From assembly GCA_965215195.1 (NCBI GenBank), contig CBDCDC010000001.1, positions 32,001-96,000 on the forward strand: a stretch of 64,000 nt of DNA, in the 5' to 3' direction. The notes under the pieces were generated by a model, which saw only the letters and a list, made by a program, of their open reading frames with translations, was not told where the DNA came from and ran no database searches. This DNA comes from Candidatus Latescibacterota bacterium. Its GTDB lineage: Bacteria; Latescibacterota; UBA2968; UBA8231. Made by a program: the position numbers and the translations under genes. Of this stretch, positions 54,553-64,000 are shown one piece after another (positions within the stretch are counted from its first letter, which is position 1; the number at the start of each line of letters is the position of its first letter).

Positions 54553-55227
54553 ATGCGCTCTTTTATCGCCGTTGTCTTTTTCGCCCTCGCCGCACCGCTC
54601 TCGGCCCAATCCGGCCCGGTCGTCATCTCCGAACTGATGTGGCCGGGTAGTACAGCATCTACGGCCGACGAGTGGATCGAACTCTACAACCCCAGCGACT
54701 CAGCGGTTGATCTAGCCGGCTGGACCTTGACCTACCGCAGCGGCACCGAGGACAAGGTAATGCTCGTCCTCGAAGCCGGTGCGATCCCCCCCGGACAGAC
54801 CTTTCTCATCGCCAACTATGCCGCCGATCACAAAAACTCCCTTCTCGCTGTCCAGCCGCAGCGCGTTGACGCGGCCGTTTCCCTGCCCAACACCAAGCTG
54901 CTCTTACAGCTATACGATGGCGACCCACAAGCTGGGGGCCAGCTCATCGACACAGCCGACGATGGCCGCGGGGCCCCTTTCGCCGGTGACTCGGCCAGCA
55001 AAAGCGCCATGGTGCGCATTGCCTTTGACCAGCCCGGCGACCAGCCCAAAAGTTGGGCCACGGCGACCGAACAAAGCGGCTGGGATGCGGGTGCCAGCGA
55101 GTTGGGTACGCCGGGATCCATTCCCGCGTACCTGCTCCCGGACGCGGGCGAAGCACCCGAGCGCGTCATGGGGACGAACATTCTAGCGATGCCTTGGGCT
55201 TTAGTAAAAGCGCGTCTATCCCCATAG
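54553..55227 (+). CDS. secreted lamin tail domain (LTD) protein
   Basis: Signal peptide, VVISELMW..DEWIELYN...VDLAGWTL, GTPG; GGAGG RBS. Confidence 0.85.
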   Translation: MRSFIAVVFFALAAPLSAQSGPVVISELMWPGSTASTADEWIELYNPSDSAVDLAGWTLTYRSGTEDKVMLVLEAGAIPPGQTFLIANYAADHKNSLLAVQPQRVDAAVSLPNTKLLLQLYDGDPQAGGQLIDTADDGRGAPFAGDSASKSAMVRIAFDQPGDQPKSWATATEQSGWDAGASELGTPGSIPAYLLPDAGEAPERVMGTNILAMPWALVKARLSP

Positions 55228-55242
55228 CGCGGATTGCAGAAC

Positions 55243-55277
55243 AAAAGGCACCTACTTGCGGGTAGGTGCCTTTTTTA
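55243..55277 (+). terminator. intrinsic terminator
   Basis: AAAAGGCACCTAC-TTGCGG-GTAGGTGCCTTTTTTT. Confidence 0.8.
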
Positions 55278-55285
55278 TAGCCAAA

Positions 55286-55333
55286 AAGAAAAAGGCCGCG
55301 GAAGCTGAGATGCGCTTCGCACGGCCTTTCTTT
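55286..55333 (-). terminator. probable terminator downstream of tRNA-Val
   Basis: AAAGGCCG...CGGCCTTT stem flanked by A/T runs. Confidence 0.5.
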
Positions 55334-55338
55334 GCTGA

Positions 55339-55415
55339 TGGTGGGCAATCGCAGATTTGAACTGCGGACCTCCGGTATGTGAGACCGGCGCTCTAACCAA
55401 CTGAGCTAATCGCCC
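55339..55415 (-). tRNA. tRNA-Val (CAC)
   Basis: GGGCGATTAGCTCAGTTGGTTAGAGCGCCGGTCTCACATACCGGAGGTCCGCAGTTCAAATCTGCGATTGCCCACCA. Confidence 0.95.
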
Positions 55416-55453
55416 CAGAACATTTTCTAAGTTAGCCTCCAACGGCTACTGAG

Positions 55454-57646
55454 TCAATGTCCGTTGTGCTCGGCGGCAAAGTGGAATTTCGGCAGGGCTA
55501 CTTCAGTCGCCGATGGGTGGCCCTCGCGCAGGCGGTACGCTCGGTTGAGCTTCAGCCCCGGCCAGCGCTGTGTCTGATGGGTCGCCGGCCAAGTGATTTC
55601 CACGAACTCCAAGGCCACAGCGTCCCCCAGCCCGAGTTGCGGTGCGAGCGGGTTGGCTCCAAAGCTGCCGCCCGAGCCGATGAGGTGGTGGATGTCGCGG
55701 GTGCTGCCGTCCGGTCGCCGCACGCGCACGCGCACGCGGCCGCCAATAGCACCTCGGTTCGACTGCACACCTTGGGGAAACAGCCGCAGCCAGCGATGGC
55801 CGTGCCCGGGATTTTCGTAGAGCACGTTCTGGTAGAGGTCGCCTTCAAAGGCGCCGCCCATCACCTCGAAGACGTCTTGGTCCCCGTCGTTGTCGAGGTC
55901 GGCAAAGGACACGCCGTGCCCTTTCTGCACGTTGCCGAAGCCGCCGGTGGTGGTGACGTCCAAAAACCGCGTACCACCGTCGTTGCGCAACATGCGGTTG
56001 GGCGTGAGCGAGCGCAGATCGGGAATCCCGGTGCCCACGTAGCAGTCGGGGAATCCGTCATTGTCCAAGTCGCCGTAGTTGGCCCCCATGGCTAGGATGA
56101 CTCGGCCAAATCCCCCCAGCGATTCGGTGACCTCGGTGAAGGTCCCGTCGCCGTTGTTGCGGTACACGTGGGCGCGGTCGGCGGCAAATTCCTCGCCGAG
56201 GTACGCGCGCGCCATGTCGCCGAGGTCGTCCATGTTGTAACCGCCGGCAAACAGATCGAGCCAGCCGTCGTTGTCGTAGTCCCAAAACCAAGTGGGAAAG
56301 CTCTCGGCCGGCCCCGGCGCGACGACCGTCGCCGCAAAGCGCCAGCCCGCTGGTGTGTTGCCGAGGTTGCGGTAGAGGACGTTTTCTCGGTAGAACTGGG
56401 ATACGTACAGGTCGATTGAGCCGTCGTTGTCTATATCGCCCCAAGCAACTCCCTTCACAAAGCCCACGTGATCGACGCCGACCGCGGGGGCCACATCGAC
56501 AAAACGGCCATCCCCTTGGTTGCGAAACAACTGGCATGGGTGGGCCCGCTTGCCGGACTCATTGCCGACGAACAGGTCCAACCAGCCGTCGTTGTCGTAG
56601 TCGGCAAAGGCCGCTGCGTGGGTCGGGTGCAAGGAGAATAAGCCGGTGCGCCGCGTCACGTCCGCAAAGGTGCCGGTGCCGTTGTTGCGCAACAGGGAGT
56701 TGGGCATGCGGCCCTCTTCCCCCATCCAAGCCCCGCGTAAGACGAACAGATCGACATCGCCGTCGTTGTCGTAGTCGGCCTGCTCGAGGTTGATCCCCCC
56801 GATCTGCCCGGCCAGCCCAGCCGCTGTGGTGGCCTCGGCAAACGTGCCGTCGCCCTCGTTGTGAAAATAGCGCAGGGGATCGCGCAGCCCCCATGAGGAA
56901 ACCGCGATATCGAGCAGACCGTCGCCATCGAAGTCCTCGACCGCGCTGCCGCCCGCTAGGCCCACGGCCGCAACTCCAGCCGCCGGTGCCACGTCGCGGA
57001 AGCGCTGGATCCCGCCGCTGTCGCCATCGAATACGCGCGGGGGAATGCGATAGGGTTCCGGCACCCCTTCCGGGTATTCGCCCAAGGTCATGTACGCCAA
57101 GTTCAACAGCCAGCGCGTCCCCAGATCGCCTGGGCGCTTGTTCAAGTTTAGGGTGTAGTGCTCAATGGCGCGGCGGGAGCCTTCTTGCAAGCGGTGGACG
57201 CCGTCGCCGCGGATTGGCAGCAAGCAGGAATTCGTGGTGTGGTTGCGCAGGCAGTTTTCCTGCTCCCCGAGGCGCAGATAGGCAATGGCGAGCTGGTCGT
57301 GCAGCATGTAGACGAAGCCCTCGGTCGCCGGCACCTGCCCGGCTTCTACGGCCGCTAGAACGCTTTGCATCTCTTCGATGCCCGCGCGCAAATCCCCGGC
57401 CCGCACCCGCTCTTGGGCGATCCGCAGGCGCATGTTTAGCCGCTTGCCCGCGCTCATTGGTTGCCCCAGCAGGGAACTAAGGCCCTCGGCGCGGGCTTGG
57501 TTCAGATAGATGTTGGCAATGGGATCGGCCCGCTGGGCAAGGCGCGCCAGCACCGTCGCCATAAAACGCGAATCTCCGCGCTCGACGCCGGCTTCGACTT
57601 GCCCGCTGGCTGTGGCCCATAGCAGGACGGCTATAATGCTCTGCAT
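55454..57646 (-). CDS. secreted FG-GAP repeat protein with C-terminal ASPIC/UnbV domain (CRTAC1 family)
   Basis: Signal peptide; repeated DYDNDGxLDL / NNGDGTF motifs; SNRGAIGGRV..GSGGSFG..GLG..VEITWP. Confidence 0.88.
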   Translation of the reverse strand: MQSIIAVLLWATASGQVEAGVERGDSRFMATVLARLAQRADPIANIYLNQARAEGLSSLLGQPMSAGKRLNMRLRIAQERVRAGDLRAGIEEMQSVLAAVEAGQVPATEGFVYMLHDQLAIAYLRLGEQENCLRNHTTNSCLLPIRGDGVHRLQEGSRRAIEHYTLNLNKRPGDLGTRWLLNLAYMTLGEYPEGVPEPYRIPPRVFDGDSGGIQRFRDVAPAAGVAAVGLAGGSAVEDFDGDGLLDIAVSSWGLRDPLRYFHNEGDGTFAEATTAAGLAGQIGGINLEQADYDNDGDVDLFVLRGAWMGEEGRMPNSLLRNNGTGTFADVTRRTGLFSLHPTHAAAFADYDNDGWLDLFVGNESGKRAHPCQLFRNQGDGRFVDVAPAVGVDHVGFVKGVAWGDIDNDGSIDLYVSQFYRENVLYRNLGNTPAGWRFAATVVAPGPAESFPTWFWDYDNDGWLDLFAGGYNMDDLGDMARAYLGEEFAADRAHVYRNNGDGTFTEVTESLGGFGRVILAMGANYGDLDNDGFPDCYVGTGIPDLRSLTPNRMLRNDGGTRFLDVTTTGGFGNVQKGHGVSFADLDNDGDQDVFEVMGGAFEGDLYQNVLYENPGHGHRWLRLFPQGVQSNRGAIGGRVRVRVRRPDGSTRDIHHLIGSGGSFGANPLAPQLGLGDAVALEFVEITWPATHQTQRWPGLKLNRAYRLREGHPSATEVALPKFHFAAEHNGH

Positions 57647-58133
57647 CTTAGTACGCGACACTAAGGCTTCGACGACTCGACTGAGCTCAGCCGAAGAGTT
57701 TCCGCCGGGTGCGCGGGCAGCCTGCCCGCCAACCCAGAGCGATAGTAGAGCAGCAAGCGGCCAGCGTCAAACGATTCCCGCTTCTCCACGTTACGCCGGC
57801 GGCGGGGACGGACCGGCTATGCGGTCTCGCAAAGACCCCTACCCACCCAGCCGCCGCGAGACTGGTATCAACTGGCGTAAAGCGGATATTTTGCCCATTA
57901 TATCCGTTTTTAAGGGATATTAACCCAATATATCGTAGAAAATAAAAATGTCTTGTACTGCTCTTTCGCGTTGCAGTACCTAATCGGGGGAACGGATCGT
58001 GCGGTGCGCTCGGCGTCCGAGTACTCGCGTACAAATTCAAAGGGACTCACTACCAAAATGTTGACACGGTTCAATCAGTGGCCGTACCTCTGCACATGGC
58101 TTGATTTACTTCTACTCGAGCGATTGCCTTGAA

Positions 58134-59591
58134 ATGAGAGCCGACGGTCGTCACTATTGCGCCGCGAGCCGGTGCGCGATCACGGGCATGGCCATCACTT
58201 GGCTCCTGCTGGCCTGCGGCGTTGCGGCTTCGGAGATCGCGCAGCCCGGGGAAGAGTTGGTGCTGAGCATCGACGAGGCCGTGGCCTTAGCCTTGGAACG
58301 CAATCAGGAGTTGGCAGAGGCGCGACTGATCCAGACCGAAGCCAATGAGCAGGTCTCTGAAGCTTGGGGGGAGATTTTCCCGCAGCTCGACTTCTCCGCT
58401 AGCTACGTCCGCAACATCTCGCCTGCTGTCTCCTTCGTGCCGGCCAACATCTTCGATCCCACGGCACCAGAAGGGGAGTTCCTATCGCTGCAGTTCGGGG
58501 CCGACAACAGTTGGCAGAGCGCCCTCACCCTGCGGCAGCCCCTGTTCTACCCGGGTGCCGTGGTCGGTCTCAGTGTTGCCCAGCGCGCCTTGGGGATGCA
58601 GCGGGAGATGGTGCGCGGCCGCGCCCAGCAGGTGGTGACGCGGGTCCGTCTCGTCTGTTTTGACTTGCTGCTGCGCTCCGAAGAGGTGCGCCTCAGCGAA
58701 CGGTCCCTAGAGCGCCTGCGCCAAGCTCTCGAAGAGACGCGCGGCCGTGCCCGGGCGGGGCTGGCCTCCGAGTACGACGTGCTGCGGCTGGAGGTTGAAG
58801 TGGCAAATCTCGAGCCGCTCCTGCTGCGCGCCCGCAACGCCAAGGCGTCGTCGCGCCGCCAGCTAGCCATCGAGCTGGCCGTGGACGATCCCGGCCGCCT
58901 GCGACTGTCGGAGAGCGGGGCACTCACCGGGGCCACGGTGCTCCTCGCTCCGCCGCCGCCCGCCGCCGATCTCGTGAAGACGGCACTGACCCACCGCTCC
59001 GACGTGCGCCAGCTCGAGCATACGGCCGAGCTGCGCAGGATCCAGGTGCGGCGCGAGAAGGCAGAGTATTTGCCCAGTATCTCCTTGTTCGCTACTTGGG
59101 ACGTGCAGGCTCAGCAGAACGGGAGACCCGATTTCTTCGGCACTGAGAAGACGCGCGCCACCAGTAAGATCGCCGGCGTGTTGGTGGAGCTGCCGCTGTT
59201 CACCGGCCTGCAGCGCGACGCCCGCATCGACCGGCACCAAGCGGTGCTGCGCCAGGCGCAGATCCAAGCGCAGTTGGCGCGGCACCAAGCCACGGCCCAA
59301 GTCCGGGATCTAGCGGCGGCGCTGGCCGAGGCCGGTCAGCGGGAAAGGGGCCAACGGCTCGCCATATCCCAAGCTCAACGCGGTTTCGACATTGCCATCG
59401 CCCGCTACCGCGAGGGCCTCGGCAGCCAGCTCGAGGTCACCGATGCCGAGATGGCACTGCGGCAGAGCGAGTTCAACATGGCCCAAGCGGTACACGACCG
59501 GCTGGCCAGCCGAGCCCGGCTCAACTTGGCCATAGGGCGGGTCGCCCCTATCGACGAGGAGATCACAATTAATTTGGAGGAGATGGAGTGA
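58134..59591 (+). CDS. TolC family outer membrane efflux protein
   Basis: LSIDEAVALALERN, GLASEYDVLRLEV, YLPSISL, ELPLFTG, RYREGLGSQLEV; start uncertain (58134 or 58188). Confidence 0.9.
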   Translation: MRADGRHYCAASRCAITGMAITWLLLACGVAASEIAQPGEELVLSIDEAVALALERNQELAEARLIQTEANEQVSEAWGEIFPQLDFSASYVRNISPAVSFVPANIFDPTAPEGEFLSLQFGADNSWQSALTLRQPLFYPGAVVGLSVAQRALGMQREMVRGRAQQVVTRVRLVCFDLLLRSEEVRLSERSLERLRQALEETRGRARAGLASEYDVLRLEVEVANLEPLLLRARNAKASSRRQLAIELAVDDPGRLRLSESGALTGATVLLAPPPPAADLVKTALTHRSDVRQLEHTAELRRIQVRREKAEYLPSISLFATWDVQAQQNGRPDFFGTEKTRATSKIAGVLVELPLFTGLQRDARIDRHQAVLRQAQIQAQLARHQATAQVRDLAAALAEAGQRERGQRLAISQAQRGFDIAIARYREGLGSQLEVTDAEMALRQSEFNMAQAVHDRLASRARLNLAIGRVAPIDEEITINLEEME

Positions 59592-60691
59592 GAATCCCCT
59601 GCCCCCGATCGCGTCTCTTCCAGTGCGCCGTCCTACGCGCCGCCAGCGTCGCCATCCTCGCTCTCTGGGGCTGTGGTGATGGGGAAGGCGAGCCAAAGAC
59701 AGCGGGCGACGCTCGCCGCATCATCAACGTCGAAGTCGAGACCTTGGCGGTGCGCTCCTTCACCGACGTGATTCGCCTGACCGGTGTGGTCTTGGCCGAC
59801 CGCGCGGTGACGCTGGCCGCCGAGGAGAGCGGCACCGTGGTCCAGATTCTCGCCGACAAGGGCGAGAGCGTGAGCCGTGGACAGGCTCTGATCGGGCTAA
59901 ACGACGAACTCCTGCGCGTCCAGCGGAGCGAAGCCGAGGCGCAGGCGGCACTGGCCGCGGAGATTTGGCGGCGCAAGAAGCGGCTCTACGAAGAGGAGCG
60001 CATTGGCACCGAAGGGGAGTACCTCGAAGCGCGCTATACTGCCGACCAGACCCGAGCGCGGCTCAACCTGATCGAAGCGCGGCTGCGGCGCACTGTGGTG
60101 CGCGCTCCCTTCGACGGCCTACTCGACAGGCGTCTGGTCGACGTCGGCTCGGTCGTCTCCCCGGGCCAAGCAGTAGCCCATATTCTCGATCTGGAGCCGC
60201 TGAAGGTAGCCACCGGCGTCCCCGAGCGCTACGCGGCGGACGTGGGCGTCGGCACCCGCGCCGTGGTCGCTTTCGAGGCCCTCGCGGATACTTGCGCTGC
60301 CATCTTGACCTACGTGGGTGCCGCGGTCGACGGTGGCCATCGCACCTTCCCCGTCGAGCTGGCCCTCGAGCGTCCGGTGGCCAGTGCCAAGCCGGCCATG
60401 GTGGCCGAGGTGCATCTCGTGCGCCGCGTCTATCCGCAGGTCCTAATGGTGCCGCGCCAAGCCTTGGTGCGCACCGAGGACGGCTTTAGCGCCTTCGTCG
60501 CCATCGACGGGGAGGCCGGCCCTTTAGCCGAGGTACGCCCGGTCACTCTCGGTGCCTCCGGCGGCGACCAAGTGGTGGTCACCTCCGGCCTGTTGCCGGC
60601 GGATCGCCTGATCGTCGTCGGCCAGCAGCAGGTAGCGAATGGCGACCGCCTGAGCATTGTCTCTGAACGCCACCTCCGGATCTCCGAATGA
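59588..60691 (+). CDS. RND efflux periplasmic adaptor (MFP) lipoprotein
   Basis: LWGC lipobox, G.V.RGQ, RAPFDG, RTFPVE, VPRQAL, GLLPADRLIVVGQ. Confidence 0.9.
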   Translation: MRIPCPRSRLFQCAVLRAASVAILALWGCGDGEGEPKTAGDARRIINVEVETLAVRSFTDVIRLTGVVLADRAVTLAAEESGTVVQILADKGESVSRGQALIGLNDELLRVQRSEAEAQAALAAEIWRRKKRLYEEERIGTEGEYLEARYTADQTRARLNLIEARLRRTVVRAPFDGLLDRRLVDVGSVVSPGQAVAHILDLEPLKVATGVPERYAADVGVGTRAVVAFEALADTCAAILTYVGAAVDGGHRTFPVELALERPVASAKPAMVAEVHLVRRVYPQVLMVPRQALVRTEDGFSAFVAIDGEAGPLAEVRPVTLGASGGDQVVVTSGLLPADRLIVVGQQQVANGDRLSIVSERHLRISE

Positions 60692-63600
60692 CCGATCGCT
60701 CTGACAGCCGCATTGACGCGTTCAAGGAGTTGGCCGTCACCTCGTGGGCGGTGCGCCACGGCACCAGCATGCTGATGCTGTTCGCCATCATCGCTCTCGC
60801 CGGTACGCTGGCCTACCGCAGTGTTCCCAAGGAATCCTTCCCCGAGATCGAGATCCCCATGATCGCGGTGAACACGATCTATCGGGGGGCTTCGCCAAAG
60901 GACGTGGAGTCTCAAGTTACGCGGGTTGTGGAGCAGGAGCTGAACACCGTACCAGGTCTGAAGGTGCTGACCTCGACCTCGGTCGAGGGCTACTCGAGCG
61001 TGGTGGCTGAATTCAGCACTGAGGTCGACCTCGACGAGGCCCTGCAGCGAGTGCGGGAGAAAGTCGATCTGGCCAAGCCCGAGTTACCCGCCGACGCCGA
61101 AGAGCCCGGGATCTTCGAATTCGACTTCGAGGAGGTGCCGATCCTACAGGTGAACTTGTCCGGGGAATACGGGCTGGTGCGGCTCAAGCAGATCGGCGAG
61201 GAGGTGGAGGATCGCCTCGAACAGATCCCCACCGTGCTGCGCGTCGATCTGCGCGGCGGCCGCGAGCGCGAGGTGCAGGTGGATGTATCGCTGCCGCGTT
61301 TGCTCTACTACGGCCTGACCCTGAACGACGTAGTCGAGACCGTGCGCGACGAGAACGTAAACATCCCCGGTGGTGCCATCGACGTGGGGGAGATGAAGTT
61401 CCTAGTGCGCGTCGACGGCGAGATCGACGACCCGCTGTCGATCGGCGACCTCGTAGTAAACGCACCCGGCGGCCGGCCAGTGTACGTGCGCGATGTGGCC
61501 GACGTCGACTTCGGCTTTGCCGAGCGCGACAGCTACGCCCGCCTCGACGGCCGCTCGGTGGTGACCCTCGACGTGATCAAGCGCACGGGAGAGAATATCA
61601 TCGAGACCGCCGACGCAGTGCATGCTGTGATCGCCGGCATGGAGGTGGAGTTCCCGCCGACCACAGTGGTGAAAACGACCTCCGACATGTCCCGCGACAT
61701 CCGCATGATGGTCAGCAGCTTGGAGAACAACATCCTCTCCGGCCTGCTGCTGATCGTGAGTGTGCTGCTCTTCTTCCTCGGCGTGCGCACCTCGATCTTC
61801 GTCGGCATCGCCATCCCCACCTCAATGCTCCTCTCCTTCCTCCTCCTCGGGTTGCTCGGTGCGTCTATGAACATGGTGGTCCTGTTCTCGCTGATCCTGT
61901 CCCTCGGCATGCTGGTGGACAATGCCATCGTCATCGTGGAGAACACCTACCGCTACGTAGAGGAAGGCTGGGACCGGGCCGCGGCCGCGCGCAAGGCCAC
62001 GGGCGAGGTGGCCGTGCCGGTCATCGCCTCGACGCTGACGACCTTGGCTGCCTTTGGCCCGTTGCTGATCTGGCCCGGCATCATCGGGGATTTTATGAAG
62101 TACCTGCCCATGACTCTGATCGTCACCCTGTCGAGTTCCCTGTTCGTAGCCCTCGTGATCGTGCCGGTGCTGTGCAGCCGATGGCTGCGGCTGGAGGGCC
62201 AGCGCACCGCGTCCCTGCCGCGGTCGGGGCGCTGGATGCTAACTGGTCTAGCGCTGGCCATCGCGGCGTGGCTGGCGGCGCTCAACGCGTTCACCATGGC
62301 CCTGCTGGGGGCGACGGCCTTGGTGGCCATTCTGGTGCATCGACTCCTCCTCGGTCCCCTTGCCCGCCGTTTCCAGAGCGCGGGTCTGCCGTGGCTCGTC
62401 GACCGCTACGAGAGCACACTGAGCTGGGCCCTCGACCATCGCCTCATCGTCGTCGCCGGATCCTTCGCGGTCCTAGTGGCCATGGTGGTCGCCTTCGCCC
62501 GCTTCAATCACGGCATCGAGCTGTTCCCCGAGGACATTCCGCCGCGCCAAGTCTGGGTCGACATTGAGACGCCCGTGGGTACGCGCGTTGAGTTCATCGA
62601 CGGCATCGCCCGCAAGCTGGAGGAGCGAGTGCGCCGCGTCGAAGGCTACGACGACGCCGAATCGGCGGTGACCACGGTCGGCGGTGGTGGCAATGTGTTG
62701 ATGGGCGGTGCCCAAGGAGCCAACAGTGCCCGCTTGGTGGTGAGCTTGGCCGAGTACCAGGAACGCCGCTTCGACAGTTCCCTGACGCTGGTGCGCATGC
62801 AGAAGGTAGTGGGACGTCGCATCGCCGGTGCCGAGATTTCAGTGGAAAAGCCTCAGGAGGGGCCGCCGACGGGTGCCCCGGTAAACGTCGAGATCGTCGG
62901 TCGGAAGCCCGAGGTGCTCAAGGAACTGTCCGACCGGGTGTTGCAGATCCTGCAGAACTCCCCCGTCGGTGAAAAGCTCACCGGCCTAAAGAGCGACCTC
63001 GACGAAGCCCGTCCAGAGCTGGCCGTGCACGTCGATCGCGAGCGAGCCGCCCTGTACGGCTTGTCCACGGCGCAGGTGGCCGGCGTCGTGCGCACCGCTG
63101 TACAGGGCACTGAGGCGAGCCAGTACCGCACTGGCAACGACGAATACGACGTCATCGTCCGTCTGGCCGAGCCGTGGCGCCGCGACCTAGAGTCGCTGCG
63201 CGATCTGGCCATCGAGAACGACCCGGGCGAGCAGATCCCACTGGTGTCGGTGGCTAGCTGGACCGTAGGCGAGGGTCTCGGCTCAATCCGCCGCAAGGAC
63301 ATGGACCGCGTGGCCACGATCAGTTCGGAGGTGCGCGCTGGCCTGAACAAGAACGCCGTGCTCGGCGAGGTGCAGCAGAGCCTAGAGCCCTTCGTCCGCG
63401 ACGAGCTGCCGCCGGGTTACGCGATGCGCTACACAGGACAACAGGAGGAGCAGGCCGAGGCCGAGGAGTTTTTGACCAACGCCTTCCTAGCGGCCTTGGC
63501 CCTGATCGCCTTCATCCTCGTGACCCAATTCAACTCGGTGGTCAAGCCCGTCATCATCCTCACCTCGGTGGTGATGTCCACGGCCGGCGTCCTGCTCGGA

Positions 63601-64000
63601 CTGATGGTGTTCCAAATGCCCTTCGGGATCATCATGACTGGCGTCGGCATCATCTCGCTGGCCGGGATCGTGGTCAACAACGCCATTGTGCTGGTCGACT
63701 ACATCGACGTGCTGCGCCGGCGCGACGGTCTCGAGCGGCGGGCGGCGCTCATCCGCGGTGGCCGCACCCGCCTGCGGCCGGTGCTCCTCACGGCGATCAC
63801 CACCGCCCTCGGCTTGGTGCCGTTGGCCATCGGGCTCAATTTCGACTTTTTCGGACTTTACGGCCACCTCGATCCAGACCTGTATTGGGGTGGCGAGCAA
63901 GCTGCGTGGTGGGGCCCCATGGCTATCGCCGTGATCGTGGGGATCCTGTTCGCCACCTTCCTGACGCTGATCCTCGTGCCCGTGATGTACTCGCTCACCG
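60688..64000 (+). CDS. RND (AcrB/AcrD/AcrF family) efflux permease, runs off window
   Basis: Not in ORF track; manual translation MTDRSDSR...PKESFPEIEIP...GASPKDVESQVT, GMLVDNAIVIVEN, GIVVNNAIVLVD, RLRPVLLT; ATG overlaps the MFP stop. Confidence 0.93.
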   Translation, partial: MTDRSDSRIDAFKELAVTSWAVRHGTSMLMLFAIIALAGTLAYRSVPKESFPEIEIPMIAVNTIYRGASPKDVESQVTRVVEQELNTVPGLKVLTSTSVEGYSSVVAEFSTEVDLDEALQRVREKVDLAKPELPADAEEPGIFEFDFEEVPILQVNLSGEYGLVRLKQIGEEVEDRLEQIPTVLRVDLRGGREREVQVDVSLPRLLYYGLTLNDVVETVRDENVNIPGGAIDVGEMKFLVRVDGEIDDPLSIGDLVVNAPGGRPVYVRDVADVDFGFAERDSYARLDGRSVVTLDVIKRTGENIIETADAVHAVIAGMEVEFPPTTVVKTTSDMSRDIRMMVSSLENNILSGLLLIVSVLLFFLGVRTSIFVGIAIPTSMLLSFLLLGLLGASMNMVVLFSLILSLGMLVDNAIVIVENTYRYVEEGWDRAAAARKATGEVAVPVIASTLTTLAAFGPLLIWPGIIGDFMKYLPMTLIVTLSSSLFVALVIVPVLCSRWLRLEGQRTASLPRSGRWMLTGLALAIAAWLAALNAFTMALLGATALVAILVHRLLLGPLARRFQSAGLPWLVDRYESTLSWALDHRLIVVAGSFAVLVAMVVAFARFNHGIELFPEDIPPRQVWVDIETPVGTRVEFIDGIARKLEERVRRVEGYDDAESAVTTVGGGGNVLMGGAQGANSARLVVSLAEYQERRFDSSLTLVRMQKVVGRRIAGAEISVEKPQEGPPTGAPVNVEIVGRKPEVLKELSDRVLQILQNSPVGEKLTGLKSDLDEARPELAVHVDRERAALYGLSTAQVAGVVRTAVQGTEASQYRTGNDEYDVIVRLAEPWRRDLESLRDLAIENDPGEQIPLVSVASWTVGEGLGSIRRKDMDRVATISSEVRAGLNKNAVLGEVQQSLEPFVRDELPPGYAMRYTGQQEEQAEAEEFLTNAFLAALALIAFILVTQFNSVVKPVIILTSVVMSTAGVLLGLMVFQMPFGIIMTGVGIISLAGIVVNNAIVLVDYIDVLRRRDGLERRAALIRGGRTRLRPVLLTAITTALGLVPLAIGLNFDFFGLYGHLDPDLYWGGEQAAWWGPMAIAVIVGILFATFLTLILVPVMYSLT

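Overview
GC-rich bacterial chromosomal window. Gene content (outer-membrane RND/TolC, DUF6785-type membrane proteins, a lamin-tail protein with a C-terminal WxxxK motif, a long TPR array) suggests an uncultured diderm such as Latescibacterota or a relative; this is an inference only. In order: (1) a minus-strand group 3b [NiFe]-hydrogenase operon (USP, beta, cNMP-binding protein, gamma, delta, alpha, maturation protease, short HypA, partial HypF) just downstream of tRNA-Met; (2) a 123-bp MITE-like element with 13-bp inverted repeats and a 10-bp target-site duplication; (3) an M16 peptidase; (4) a lower-GC islet with a ~23-repeat TPR protein converging on a NERD nuclease-SF1 helicase; (5) housekeeping genes (comF, pfk-pgk-tpiA-secG-tRNA-Leu, dnaE, map, recD2, rel, hisC, mpl, tRNA-Val) and assorted enzymes and transporters; (6) a tightly coupled uncharacterised membrane operon at 36256-47458 (DUF6785-type protein, a nicastrin/M28-like plus FtsX-permease fusion, an OPT-like transporter with a permuted FN3-like insert, a PsbP-like protein, a stand-alone PqqD/RRE protein and a PAP2-like protein), which is the best candidate for an undescribed system; (7) an FG-GAP/ASPIC-UnbV protein and a TolC-MFP-RND operon running off the right end. 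All family calls come from motif recognition by eye, without database searches.
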